A stretch of DNA of 38,789 nt from positions 1 through 38,789 of the forward strand of contig CAYNFN010000467.1 of assembly GCA_964396485.1 (NCBI GenBank), given 5' to 3'. Under the pieces are notes generated by a model. It was not told the origin of the DNA, did no database searches, and saw only the letters and a list, made by a program, of their open reading frames with translations. The number at the start of each line of letters is the position of its first letter. Position 1 is the stretch's first letter. Positions 1-9,464 of the stretch are shown piece by piece. Both the position numbers and the translations under genes were made by a program. Source of the DNA: an uncultured Alcaligenaceae bacterium. GTDB taxonomy: Bacteria; Pseudomonadota; Gammaproteobacteria; Burkholderiales; JACQAP01.

Positions 1-273
1 CATGAGCGAATCGCCAAGAAACTCGATGCCGGTTTCTTCTTCGCTCATCCCTACGCCTCTTGGGAGCGAGGCGCCAACGAGAATATGAACGGCCTCATCC
101 GCCAGTTCTTCCCAAAGAAAATGCGCTTCGATTCCATCACCGCCCAAGACATCGCCTTCGCCATGCATCGACTCAATCATCGACCCAGAAAATGCCTCGG
201 CTTCAAAACTCCTCACGAGGTCTTCATGAAGCAGCTACACTTTCGTCGTAACGCCGTTGCACTTCAGACTTGA
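1..273 (+). mobile_element. IS30-family transposase, C-terminal fragment (5' part lies outside the window)
   Basis: Frame 1 is open from base 1: HERIAKKLDAGFFFAHPYASWERGANENMNGLIRQFFPKK...NHRPRKCLGFKTPHEVF, with a stop at 271-273. The strings HPY.SWERG.NEN.NGL.RQ.FPK and RPRK.LG..TP are the conserved C-terminal catalytic-core region of IS30 transposases. I could not identify the terminal inverted repeat without the other end of the element. Confidence 0.75.
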
Positions 274-677
274 ATCCGCCTTATGATTGACCTTAGCGCT
301 GGGGCATGGGGTGCGCTTGTCCAGTGCTGAAACCAGGATCAATTCAACATGGACTCGATAGTTGACTTCAATTGTTGGTATGCGATCACCTCGCGAGCGC
401 ATGGCCCCGTTCGACGGATTGGTACTGGCTGAAAGCTAATACCGGAGCGGATTATGAAGTATCCGTGCACGCCAGGAAAGTCTGACCGCATGTCAAAGAC
501 ATGCGGGAGCGGACCAACCGACTGCACGTCTTTCGTAAGTGAGGATGAGGCCTTGAAAGGAAATACGCCGTGACAATCGTGTTCCGCACACGACACCCAT
601 CGTCGAAACTCTTGATCAGCGACTGGCGACTAGATCCTGGAATTGGCGCTCGTGACTCGCTTCATTAAACTCAAGGC

Positions 678-1661
678 GTGCTCATGAAACCACGCAGTAC
701 ATTTCAAAAGCAGATAACAGAGTGCCCTGCTTGTGGAGGGAAACAAACTCACGTACTTCAATCGTTCGCCTTGAGTGGCCGCCTACCGCAATTTACGATC
801 TGGCGTTGCTTGGGCTGCGGACTTGGGCGCACTGATCCCCCTCCAACCGATCCGTATTCGATAGAAGCAGCGCTAGGGGACGTACCGCTTGATCATGAAA
901 CGGCACGACCGGATTCAATTGAAAATCTTTCCGCTTCGCCCTGGGCTGAAGAAATCGCGCGCGTGCTCCTAGTCGAGCGCGTGCCGACAGAAGTCTTGGA
1001 CATAGGGTGTGGAGAAGGAGACCTCGTCGCTATTCTAAGGGAACGAGGTTTTCTTGCATCGGGCATCGAGCTGCGCCCTCGTGCAGTGCGACTGGCTAGG
1101 CAATTGAGAAAGCTGCCAGTTGAGATCGGCTCTATAGACTCTTTCTTACAAAATCCGCGTTTTGTCGGCACAATTGTCTTGTCTCATGTACTTGAGCACC
1201 TGCCCAATCCCTTAGAAGCTATTCAAGCGCTGGCTCAATACACTACGGCGCTGGTAGTCGCAGTGCCAAACTCTCTATCAGTGCGTGCGCTTGTGGAGTG
1301 GGCAAATTCTCCAGGAGCGTTTGCTTACGCTCCTCATGAACATGTTTGGCAAATGACCCCGAAAGCGGTAGCCAGGCTTTACCAAAGAGCAGGCCTTCGC
1401 GTGACTTATTTGAGATGCCGCCCGCTTCGGCCAAGGCGCCGCGGCCTACTCGAAACCGTGCGCTCTGTCATCCTCAAGAAAGATTCTATTGCATCCGCGA
1501 GCTCGAAACATGATGAGGATGCTGCTGGGTCTTCACGGCGCCGCGGCTTTCTTCGTAAGGCGTATTGGCAGCTTTTCGATAGAACACTTTTACTAGCTGA
1601 AAAATGGATGCCAATTCCGTGGCTGGCAGATCAGGTCATCGCTATTGGACACCGACCGTGA
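678..1661 (+). CDS. class I SAM-dependent methyltransferase with N-terminal Cys4 zinc ribbon
   Basis: 327-aa ORF. It has a CPACGG...CLGCG ribbon, SAM motif I VLDIGCGEGDL with an acidic residue in GIE, and LSHVLEHLPNP (Methyltransf_11/12-like). The first start is GTG 678. ATG 684 sits 7 nt after an AAGG and is an equally good start. The stop is embedded in GTGA with the next gene. Confidence 0.7.
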   Translation: MLMKPRSTFQKQITECPACGGKQTHVLQSFALSGRLPQFTIWRCLGCGLGRTDPPPTDPYSIEAALGDVPLDHETARPDSIENLSASPWAEEIARVLLVERVPTEVLDIGCGEGDLVAILRERGFLASGIELRPRAVRLARQLRKLPVEIGSIDSFLQNPRFVGTIVLSHVLEHLPNPLEAIQALAQYTTALVVAVPNSLSVRALVEWANSPGAFAYAPHEHVWQMTPKAVARLYQRAGLRVTYLRCRPLRPRRRGLLETVRSVILKKDSIASASSKHDEDAAGSSRRRGFLRKAYWQLFDRTLLLAEKWMPIPWLADQVIAIGHRP

Positions 1662-2776
1662 CGGCTCGCTCACTCCCGCGCACTCTTAATCGCGCTAACG
1701 TTGCGTTGATCTATGGTCCTGGAAATATCAACGTAGAGTACGCCTCAAGTCTCGTTCGCGGTTTGGAGCGTGCACTATTTGAGCTAGGCGCAACGGTGTA
1801 TACGTTCAATACGGCGCTGTACAAGAATTGCATTGTCCGCTTCTACAATTCCGGTCCTCGCGTCGGAGTCGACTGTTTCCCGGAAAACTCGGAACTAGTA
1901 AAGGGAATTATTTCGTTTCTTCACACAGGACCGTCGAGCGGCTTCGACCTCGTGCTTGGCTACTTTTACGATTCGTATTTGCTTTCCAATGTCATGGAGG
2001 CTCTGCGTAGGCACGCGCGCTTGCTCGTGAACTATCCGCTAAATCTTCTTGATCAGGAGAATCACTTTAGTCGTGCTCTTGAATTTTTTGACGAAACTTG
2101 GTGTTCTGAAGAAGGAGCCTTGGATCGATTGCGTACGAAGTACGGTCAACGTGTTCGTTATGTGCCCATGGCGAGTGACCCTTTCATATTTCGACCGGTT
2201 GGCGTGCCGGAGCGGCCAGCTTTGCTCTTTGTGGGGTCCTCGTACGGGAGACGCATGGAACTCTTGGCTATTTGCGCTAGGCAAATGCCAATTACGGTAG
2301 CCGGGACTGGGCACAATCTGGCTGGAGCTCTCCGCGCCATTGCTCGCCGGCTTATCCGTGACCGTACCTTGATTCCACCGATGCAAATTGCCCGTATGCT
2401 TAGCGACAGCGTTAGGAATCGTCGCCCCATCGGAGACGAGGAGTTCGTGCAGCTAGCTGCGCGTCACGGGGTATCAATTGGCTTCGCGGACGTGAGGGAA
2501 GAGTTGACTCGTAATACTGTTTTCAAGGTGCGCTTGCGCGAATATGAGTGTGCGATGACAGGGCTTTGCCACATCGCTAGGCGCTTGCCCGAGCTCGAAC
2601 GCCATTTCGAGACCGGGCGTGAAATCTTGCTTTATGACGACCCCGAAGAAATTCCGTCCATATTGCGCCGAATATCGCGTGGCGAGCTCGATTGGATTGC
2701 AATCGGGCAGCGTGCGCGACAAAGGGCAGAACGCGAACATACTTGGCGCGCTCGTTTTGCGCCCATTTTCTCCTAG
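1658..2776 (+). CDS. CgeB-like glycosyltransferase (C-terminal Glyco_trans_1_2-type domain)
   Basis: The C-terminal 90 aa (REYECAMTGLCHIARRLPELERHFETGREILLYDDPEEIPSILRR...GQRARQRAEREHTW) match the pattern I know from CgeB/DUF3880-type GT1-fold enzymes. The track ORF starts at 1604. I prefer GTG 1658, which overlaps the upstream stop (GTGA), so the start is uncertain. Confidence 0.55.
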   Translation: MTARSLPRTLNRANVALIYGPGNINVEYASSLVRGLERALFELGATVYTFNTALYKNCIVRFYNSGPRVGVDCFPENSELVKGIISFLHTGPSSGFDLVLGYFYDSYLLSNVMEALRRHARLLVNYPLNLLDQENHFSRALEFFDETWCSEEGALDRLRTKYGQRVRYVPMASDPFIFRPVGVPERPALLFVGSSYGRRMELLAICARQMPITVAGTGHNLAGALRAIARRLIRDRTLIPPMQIARMLSDSVRNRRPIGDEEFVQLAARHGVSIGFADVREELTRNTVFKVRLREYECAMTGLCHIARRLPELERHFETGREILLYDDPEEIPSILRRISRGELDWIAIGQRARQRAEREHTWRARFAPIFS

Positions 2777-2790
2777 TGGTTTCAGCAGTA

Positions 2791-4059
2791 ATGCGGATCA
2801 AGAAGTTCCTCAAGTCGGCTTTACTTTCCAGCTCGATCGGGGAAGGTCTTTACGCCACAGCGCAAGAGGCTTGGTTCAACGCCGGGTATCGCCGAATTCG
2901 CGAGAAATATCAGGAAGCGCTCGCAAACGATCCGGATGCTTGGTCCCCTTCGGCGGCGATTTCAAGAGCGCGAAAGCGAATCAAGGATCGCGGCTACCGG
3001 CCGGTGTCGCGGCACCTGGGTGAAGTCCACACCTATGCGTATATTCCCGGGAATTGGGCACATCAGAATCAAATTGCAAAGAACCTTGCGAAATTGGGTT
3101 TTTGTACCCGTTTTGATTATACGAAACACGGGCTTTCACTGAGTGATTTGCGATCTGCAAATTCAATGTCCGCATCAAATCGTCAAGAGCTCCAAAAAAA
3201 ATTGCTTGAACACATCAAAGAGGCCCATAGGCGGCGACCTATAGATTGGTTCTTTAGTTATGCGCTAGGCTGGGATCTTACTGCCGAATCGATACGCCGC
3301 ATTCACGAGGAGGTGGGCATACCTACCGTGAACATCTCATTGGATGACAGGAACTGGTGGTTGGAAATAGAGCGAGGCGACCGGATAAGCGGATTGAACA
3401 ATATCGCGCCCAGGTTCGACCTGGGGTGGACCTCCGCGACAACTTCCGTGCCATGGTATTGGGCGGAAGGGGGGCAAGCAATCTTCCTTCCTGAGGGAGC
3501 GGATACGGATTGGTTTCGCCCGATCGACGATGTGTCTCAAGACATAGGGGTTGGTTTTATCGGAAGCCACTTCGGGCGTCGTCGGAAGCTGTTTTCAGAA
3601 TTGAAGAAGGCGGGCGTCACCGTAGTCGTTTTTGGCGATGGATGGGAAGGAGGCAGGCTCGATGACGAATCAATGCTCAGATTTTTTAACCGTTGCGAGA
3701 TAAATTTGGGTATCGGGGATATGCATTACTCTCGATCGCTTACTAATCTAAAGGGACGCGATTTCGAGATTCCATCGGTGGGGCGCGGCGTGTACGTCAC
3801 CACGTACAACAGTGACTTAGCCCAGTGTTTTGCTCTCGGCCGAGAAATAATTTGTTATCGCGGCATTGATGAGCTTATCGAACTGATCCGTTATTACAGA
3901 AGAAATCAAGAGGAAGCAAAGGCAATAGCAGAACGAGGAAGGCTCAGATGTATTGCAGATCACCAATGGGTTCAAAGGTTCTCGACAATTCTCAATGCGC
4001 TCGGGGTCATTGCTGACCATACGGGGGGTATCGCAAGCGGCGTACATCTCGGGAAATAG
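2791..4059 (+). CDS. CgeB-like glycosyltransferase (second paralog)
   Basis: ATG 2791 lies 15 nt after the upstream stop. The track ORF start at 2692 would overlap the upstream gene by 85 nt. The C-terminus (RDFEIPSVGRGVYVTTYNSDLAQCFALGREIICYRGIDELIELIRYYRRNQEEAKAIAERGR) has the same Glyco_trans_1_2-like pattern as 1658-2776 and 6556-7575. Confidence 0.55.
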   Translation: MRIKKFLKSALLSSSIGEGLYATAQEAWFNAGYRRIREKYQEALANDPDAWSPSAAISRARKRIKDRGYRPVSRHLGEVHTYAYIPGNWAHQNQIAKNLAKLGFCTRFDYTKHGLSLSDLRSANSMSASNRQELQKKLLEHIKEAHRRRPIDWFFSYALGWDLTAESIRRIHEEVGIPTVNISLDDRNWWLEIERGDRISGLNNIAPRFDLGWTSATTSVPWYWAEGGQAIFLPEGADTDWFRPIDDVSQDIGVGFIGSHFGRRRKLFSELKKAGVTVVVFGDGWEGGRLDDESMLRFFNRCEINLGIGDMHYSRSLTNLKGRDFEIPSVGRGVYVTTYNSDLAQCFALGREIICYRGIDELIELIRYYRRNQEEAKAIAERGRLRCIADHQWVQRFSTILNALGVIADHTGGIASGVHLGK

Positions 4060-4062
4060 ACT

Positions 4063-4239
4063 ATGATCCAATTTAGGTATTTCATCATCTCCAACAGCAC
4101 GTTCAGCTGGTGGTGCGCGTGGCTCAGCCCTTCGCCCGCAAAGAATATTATTTGTCCTGGTGCAGTGTCGCTCAAGGGCGAACGGCCTTGGAGCTCGCCG
4201 AATGTGATTCCTCACGGGTGGATTCAGATAGCTTCGTGA
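4063..4239 (+). pseudogene. C-terminal remnant of a GT11 alpha-1,2-fucosyltransferase gene
   Basis: This 58-codon ORF is below the track cutoff: MIQFRYFIISNSTFSWWCAWLSPSPAKNIICPGAVSLKGERPWSSPNVIPHGWIQIAS*. The FIISNSTFSWW.AWL string is the hallmark C-terminal motif of GT11 enzymes. It parallels HFITANSSFSWWGAWLAQSPGKIVITPH in the intact paralog at 5660-6559. The roughly 230 N-terminal residues are missing. Confidence 0.6.
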
Positions 4240-4248
4240 TTTTGTCGG

Positions 4249-5673
4249 GTGGTGACGGCAATGTACGGCACGAATAGGCAATACGCGGGAATCTGGTTGT
4301 CGCTGGCGAATTGCGTCATAGCTCTTCCGGCCTTGATGGTTGATTACAACTATGACTTTATCCGCGTGGCGGCGCTGCTTTCCCTGGTGCTCTTCGGCAT
4401 TCTGTTGATGCTTCGGCGGACGAACGTCTTTTTTCTTGCTAGAACGCTCTTTCTCGGTGGTGTTGGCTACTATCCGATGCTGATCAAAGTATTGGCGGGT
4501 CCGGATGCACAGTTCTCGTTCTACGAACCAAGCACGCAGGATTTCGACATAGTCACCGTGATGTATGTGGGAACCAGCTTGGCACTCTTTGGCAGCGAAG
4601 TCGGTTTATATCTCGGTAGTCGCATCTCCGCGCGTACATCTGCTCATGCATTTAAAAGGCCTTCCGAACTATGGCGAACAATTTTCTATGCATGCATTCC
4701 CACAATCCTTTTTGTAAGCTTTCTGACCGTTCAAGCAGCCGGACCCAACGTTTTCGTGGCCAGCTATGCCACGGAAGGTGAAGGTCAGCTTCTTGGAAAT
4801 ACCCAGAATATTGGAATCATTTGCCTTCTGGCCGTTTTCGTAGCCTCGTATAAATTGAAGATAAGGTACGGTCGTACGGTGTTGACACTCCTTGCAATAA
4901 TATTTCTTGTATGGGCCATGTTCTTGAGAGGGTTACGGCAGGATGTGGTAACCGCCGTGCTTGGCTTGGTGGTTTGCTACGGCCTTGTTCATGGGAAGGA
5001 ATACCCGATCAGTATGAAAAACATCGGTATTGTCCTGGTTTTTTTCATCATTATTGAGTTGATGGGAGTTGCCCGTGGACTGCTTGCAACTGAAGAGGTG
5101 AGTTTGCCTGACTTATGGGGAATAATGATTTCAGCGCCTTGGGAGGGGGGCAGCACTTATCATTTCGGCACTGTTAGTCCGATAGCCACAACATTCTCCA
5201 ACATTGTTTATCTTATTGATACGAACACAATGGATCCCCTGTTCGGAAAATCCTTTCTGGAATTTATACCGAGGACGCCCCCGGAGTTCTTATACCCGGA
5301 CAGACCGCGTGATTACGCCTGGATTTTCGACGACTATGGCCTGGGCGCAACAGGGGGAATCTTTGAGCTTGCGGAGGCATATATGAACTTCGGGTTTTTG
5401 GGCGTGCTGCTTATTCCTGGAATAATTTCCTTTCTCATGGCAAGAGCGTTCTACGGCGCGCTCCATAGACAAAGCGTAATCAGTTATTTCTTGTTGTTTA
5501 CCTTTCTCGGCATGTTTATTCGAGGCACTTGGTACCAGATATTTGCATTCTACAAATCATTTTTGACCGCATTGGTCCTATTTGTTGTCTTTGCTGTTCT
5601 CCATTCATTATTAAAGAACGCAGGCCGACCCAATCCCTCTCCGCGGGCTGAAATTGCGGATGTTGGCTTATAG
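4249..5673 (+). CDS. polytopic inner-membrane protein, Wzy/O-antigen-polymerase-like (assigned by context)
   Basis: 474 aa with about 10-12 hydrophobic helices (for example AALLSLVLFGILLML, IGIICLLAVFVASY, LTLLAIIFLVWAMFL, IGIVLVFFIIIELMG, GFLGVLLIPGIISFLMA, LTALVLFVVFAVL) and one large hydrophilic loop. It sits among glycosyltransferase genes. I can name no diagnostic motif, so the function comes from context only. The start is GTG 4249 or ATG 4261. Confidence 0.45.
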   Translation: MVTAMYGTNRQYAGIWLSLANCVIALPALMVDYNYDFIRVAALLSLVLFGILLMLRRTNVFFLARTLFLGGVGYYPMLIKVLAGPDAQFSFYEPSTQDFDIVTVMYVGTSLALFGSEVGLYLGSRISARTSAHAFKRPSELWRTIFYACIPTILFVSFLTVQAAGPNVFVASYATEGEGQLLGNTQNIGIICLLAVFVASYKLKIRYGRTVLTLLAIIFLVWAMFLRGLRQDVVTAVLGLVVCYGLVHGKEYPISMKNIGIVLVFFIIIELMGVARGLLATEEVSLPDLWGIMISAPWEGGSTYHFGTVSPIATTFSNIVYLIDTNTMDPLFGKSFLEFIPRTPPEFLYPDRPRDYAWIFDDYGLGATGGIFELAEAYMNFGFLGVLLIPGIISFLMARAFYGALHRQSVISYFLLFTFLGMFIRGTWYQIFAFYKSFLTALVLFVVFAVLHSLLKNAGRPNPSPRAEIADVGL

Positions 5674-6559
5674 AAAGGTCATTGCACGAATTAAAGGCGG
5701 TCTTGGCAACCAGCTCTTCTGCTACGCTGCTGCCCGCCGCCTGGCCTTGGTCAACAACGCCGAATTGGTTATTGATGACGTCACCGGCTTTGGACGTGAC
5801 CGTCAGTACCGCCGTCAGTACACGCTGGATCACTTCCATATTCCGGTTCGGAAGGCAACGCCATCCGAACAACTGGAGCCTTTTGAGCGCTATCGGCGGG
5901 GGGTGATGAAAGGGTTATCCCGCAGGAAGCCGTTTGCGGAGCGGCGCTATCTGGGGCAGGAGGGGCTGAATTTCGATGCGCGGCTTCTCGCCTTGAAGGC
6001 AAAGGGGACACTTTATCTGGATGGCCTGTGGCAAAGCGAGGGCTACTTCAAGGATGTGGAACAGACCATCCGAGATGACCTTCGGATCATCCCGCCCAAG
6101 GATGCTTTTAACCAGCGCATGGCCGAGGAGATTCGCGACAACGCTGCCGTGGCTTTGCATGTGCGCTCGTTTGACTCGCCAGACAGTACGGCGACCCATA
6201 ATGCTTCGGCCGATTACTATCAGCGCGCCATTGCTCTGATGGAGCGAAAGATTGAATCGCCTCGGTATTTCCTATTCTCCAACGACCCCAAGGCTGCCCG
6301 GACAAAGCTTGCGCTGCCCGAAGGCCGGGTGACGAGTGTTTCCCAGAATCGGGGAGACGAAAACGCCTATGCCGACCTGTGGCTGATGATCCAGTGCCGC
6401 CACTTTATCACCGCCAACAGCTCCTTCAGTTGGTGGGGGGCGTGGTTGGCCCAGAGTCCCGGAAAAATCGTCATCACCCCGCATCTGGTCCAGGAGAAAA
6501 TCTCGGCCACTAACTGGGGATTCGAAGGCCTTATTCCTGTTAGCTGGCTGAAGCTATGA
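5660..6559 (+). CDS. alpha-1,2-fucosyltransferase, glycosyltransferase family 11
   Basis: The N-terminal IARIKGGLGNQLFCYAAARRLA (GGLGNQ.F.YA motif), the central HVRSFD and the C-terminal ANSSFSWWGAWL are the three GT11 signature blocks. ATG 5660 was chosen over the TTG 5654 in the track. Confidence 0.8.
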   Translation: MLAYRKVIARIKGGLGNQLFCYAAARRLALVNNAELVIDDVTGFGRDRQYRRQYTLDHFHIPVRKATPSEQLEPFERYRRGVMKGLSRRKPFAERRYLGQEGLNFDARLLALKAKGTLYLDGLWQSEGYFKDVEQTIRDDLRIIPPKDAFNQRMAEEIRDNAAVALHVRSFDSPDSTATHNASADYYQRAIALMERKIESPRYFLFSNDPKAARTKLALPEGRVTSVSQNRGDENAYADLWLMIQCRHFITANSSFSWWGAWLAQSPGKIVITPHLVQEKISATNWGFEGLIPVSWLKL

Positions 6560-7575
6560 AGATCCTGGTGGTCGGGGACGGGCATTCCGAAATCCACGAG
6601 ATCGCGGTCGCCGGCGCCTTTCGCCAGCTCGGCCACGATGTTCGGGAGTTCTATTGGCATCGCTACTTCTCGTGCAAGAGGAACAGCGCGTGGCTGCGCC
6701 TGCAAAACAAATTCATACTCGGGCCCCGGATTGGCAGGCTGAATGCCGACTTAGCGGCCGAGGCGGTCCGGTTCGCCCCGGATCTGATGTTCGTATATCG
6801 GGGTACGCATGTGTTGCCCTCCACCCTACGGTGGCTGAAGACGCAACTACCGCGATGCCGGGTCCTGGGGTACAACAACGACGATCCGTTCGCCGCCAAG
6901 CAACCGCGGTGGACCTGGCGCTACTTCCTGAAAGGCCTACCACTGTACGACGCGGTATTTGCCTATCGCGGACACAATGTGAGCCATTTTCTGCGCGCTG
7001 GCGCGAAGCGGGCCGAGCTGCTGATGCCGTGGTTCATCCCGGAAAGGGATCGTCCCACCGACGCCGCGAACCGCTTTCGATACGACGTGGTTTTCGTGGG
7101 GCATTATGAGAACGACCATCGACTGATCTACCTGAAGGCGCTGACCGAGAGCGGCATCGAATTCAGGCTGTTCGGACCCGATTGGGAGCGGGCGCCGAGG
7201 TCGGACTGGCTCGCGAAGCTCGGACCAATCAGGGCGGTGAGGGGTGAGGAGTATCGCAATACCCTTTGCTCGGCGCGCATCGCGCTGTGCTTTTTCTCGA
7301 AGCTCAATCGCGACACCTACACGCGACGCTGCTTCGAGATCCCGGCGACGCGCACCATGATGCTGTGCGAGTACTCGGAGGACGCCGCCCGCCTGTACAA
7401 GGAAGGCGAAGAGGCGGAGTTCTTCAAGACCCCAGAAGAGATGATTGAGAAAATCAGAAAATACCTCGCTAATGAGCCACTGCGTGCGAGCGTCGCCGAG
7501 GCGGGCTACAGACGCGTGCATCGCGACGGGCACGACGTCGTATCCCGCATGCGCGCGGTGCTGTACGCCGCCTAG
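6556..7575 (+). CDS. CgeB-like glycosyltransferase (third paralog)
   Basis: The N-terminus is MKILVVGDGHSEIHEIAVAGAFRQLGHDV. The C-terminus is RCFEIPATRTMMLCEYSEDAARLYKEGEEAEFFKTPEEMIEKIRKYL...AGYRRVHRDGH, the same pattern as the other two paralogs. There is an ATGA start/stop overlap with the GT11 gene. Confidence 0.6.
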   Translation: MKILVVGDGHSEIHEIAVAGAFRQLGHDVREFYWHRYFSCKRNSAWLRLQNKFILGPRIGRLNADLAAEAVRFAPDLMFVYRGTHVLPSTLRWLKTQLPRCRVLGYNNDDPFAAKQPRWTWRYFLKGLPLYDAVFAYRGHNVSHFLRAGAKRAELLMPWFIPERDRPTDAANRFRYDVVFVGHYENDHRLIYLKALTESGIEFRLFGPDWERAPRSDWLAKLGPIRAVRGEEYRNTLCSARIALCFFSKLNRDTYTRRCFEIPATRTMMLCEYSEDAARLYKEGEEAEFFKTPEEMIEKIRKYLANEPLRASVAEAGYRRVHRDGHDVVSRMRAVLYAA

Positions 7576-7578
7576 TCC

Positions 7579-8427
7579 ATGCGCGCCCTGGAATCGCTCA
7601 GCTGGTCCCTGCGGCGCCTGCGCCTGCCGGTGGGCGACGACGCGCTGGTCCTCGAGGTCGGCTCGGGAGGCAACCCCTTTCCGAGGGCCAACGTTCTTCT
7701 CGACGCCTACGAGGAATCGCAGGAGAGGCATTGGGAGCCGCTCGTCCGTGATCGCCCCACGGTGCTTGGCTTCGGGGAGAACCTACCTTTCCGAGACAAG
7801 GCGTTCGACTTCGTTATCGCTGCGCACGTTCTGGAGCATTCGACCGCGCCGGAACGCTTCCTGGCGGAGCTGGAACGCGTAGCGCATGCCGGGTACATCG
7901 AGACGCCCGATGCCTTCATGGAGCGCGTCAATCCGTACAAGGACCATCGGCTGGAAGTCACGTTGCGTGATGACTGCCTGCTCATCCGGAAGAAACAAGC
8001 ATGGATCCATGATCCGGAGCTCGTGGAGCTCTACGAGCAGCGCGCGAAGCGCTGGCTAACCCAAGAGACGATCCCTGGCCATCCAGCGGAGTTCCACGTG
8101 CGTTACTTCTGGAAAGACAAGATCCGCTTTCGCATCCTAAATCCGCAAGCCGATGCAACTTGGCCAGCCGCCACCAGCCATCGGGTTCTCGCGCAGGCGC
8201 GCGGCCTGAAGTCCAAGATCCGGCATGCCGCGCTCGGAGCCACGCAATGGCTGTTCTCGCAGCGCGCTAGAAATCGGCGCATCAACTTAATGCCGCTGCT
8301 GCGCTGCCCAGGATGTCACGGGCTCGAATTGAGCCGACAGGAAAGCGTCATCGCCTGCAATGACTGCGCGGCAGCATACGAAGTCCGGCAAGGAATGTTC
8401 GTCCTGGCGAGCGACCAGAGGGCATGA
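7579..8427 (+). CDS. class I SAM-dependent methyltransferase with C-terminal Trm112-like zinc ribbon
   Basis: Motif I is VLEVGSGGNPFP. ENLPFRDKAFDFVIAAHVLEH is Methyltransf_11-like. The C-terminal LLRCPGCHGLEL...IACNDCAAAYEVRQGMFVL is a Cys4 Trm112-type ribbon. Confidence 0.7.
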   Translation: MRALESLSWSLRRLRLPVGDDALVLEVGSGGNPFPRANVLLDAYEESQERHWEPLVRDRPTVLGFGENLPFRDKAFDFVIAAHVLEHSTAPERFLAELERVAHAGYIETPDAFMERVNPYKDHRLEVTLRDDCLLIRKKQAWIHDPELVELYEQRAKRWLTQETIPGHPAEFHVRYFWKDKIRFRILNPQADATWPAATSHRVLAQARGLKSKIRHAALGATQWLFSQRARNRRINLMPLLRCPGCHGLELSRQESVIACNDCAAAYEVRQGMFVLASDQRA

Positions 8428-9449
8428 CGCGGCCGCTCCTGTCAATCTGCATTCCGAGCTTCAATCGCCCGGAGCAGCTAGTCGAGTTGCTCTCGTCCAT
8501 CGATTCCCGCGGCGACCCCGTCGAGATCGTCATCTGCGAAGACTGCTCGCCCCACAGGAAGCAGATCCGCTCCGGGGTGCAGGCGTTCGCAGCGCGATCG
8601 CCGTACGGCGTACGCTACTTCGAAAACGACAGCAACCTCGGGTACGATGGCAACTTGCGGCGGCTGGTCGAGCTGGCGAGCGGCCGGTTCGTTATGTTCA
8701 TGGGCGACGACGATCTATTCGTGCCGCGGGCGCTCGACCGATTTCTAGCATTCCTAGGAATACATCAAGATAAGAAATACATCCTGCGCTCGTACGTCGT
8801 GGTTCACCCCGGCGGCCGGGTGGAGAAATTCCAATACCTGCCGCGCGTCACCGTGTTGCCAGCAGGACAGGAAACGGTCGCTTGGCTCTTCAAGCGCAGC
8901 GTGACCATCTGCGGGTTCACGATTTCCCGGGATGAGGCGTTGGCGGCGCAGACCTCAGAGCTGGATGGCACTCTCCTTTACCAGGTCTACCTCATGGCGC
9001 AGGTCTGCATGAGCCACGAGTCGGTCTACTGCGACTTTCCCGTGGCTCAAGCCGTTCAATCGTTCCGCGAAGACAAACCAAACTTCGGTACGGCCCCAGC
9101 GGAAAAGGATCGCTACACGCCCGGCACGGTATCGGAACAAAACTCGATCAGCTTCACGAAGGCCTATTTTGAGGTCACCGCGCATCTGGACCGGCTGCAT
9201 GGCACCCAGCTCACCGAACGAGTCAAAACGGATCTCTCGAAGTATTCCTATCCATTTCTTTCGATTCAGCGTAAGCGCGGAATCCTGCCGTTCCTTCGCT
9301 ATGCGCGGCGGCTCGAGACGGAGCTAGGCTTCGGCTGCACGCCGTATTATTTCCTCTACAAGTGGGGACTTGCGGTACTGGGAGAGAGGGTCTGCGACCA
9401 CGTCATCATCCGGATCAAGAACGCGCTTGGCTACACCCCCCGGTTTTGA
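8424..9449 (+). CDS. family 2 glycosyltransferase
   Basis: LSICIPSFNRPEQLVELLSSI...VICEDCS...NLGYDGNLRRL...FMGDDDLF gives the N-terminal GT-A fold with DxD (DDD), typical of GT2. There is an ATGA overlap with the upstream gene. Confidence 0.75.
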   Translation: MTRPLLSICIPSFNRPEQLVELLSSIDSRGDPVEIVICEDCSPHRKQIRSGVQAFAARSPYGVRYFENDSNLGYDGNLRRLVELASGRFVMFMGDDDLFVPRALDRFLAFLGIHQDKKYILRSYVVVHPGGRVEKFQYLPRVTVLPAGQETVAWLFKRSVTICGFTISRDEALAAQTSELDGTLLYQVYLMAQVCMSHESVYCDFPVAQAVQSFREDKPNFGTAPAEKDRYTPGTVSEQNSISFTKAYFEVTAHLDRLHGTQLTERVKTDLSKYSYPFLSIQRKRGILPFLRYARRLETELGFGCTPYYFLYKWGLAVLGERVCDHVIIRIKNALGYTPRF

Positions 9450-9464
9450 CGTTGAGGGAAGGCA

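Noticed and set aside
339-596. 85-aa minus-strand ORF, and a possible group II intron 5' end (GTGCGG on the minus strand near 575-590)
   Set aside because: The ORF has no motif or start context. I could not find a domain V/VI-like structure or an intron-encoded reverse transcriptase, so the GTGCG match is most likely chance.
6937-7731. Long antisense ORFs inside GC-rich genes. They are 6937-7731 (264 aa), 14210-14980 (256 aa), 30742-31425 (227 aa), 31759-32553 (264 aa), 33780-34421 (213 aa), 35109-35765 (218 aa) and 19770-20390 (206 aa).
   Set aside because: Each lies opposite a gene with clear family motifs. Their products are Arg/Pro/Gly-rich with no motifs. Shadow ORFs like these are expected at this GC content.
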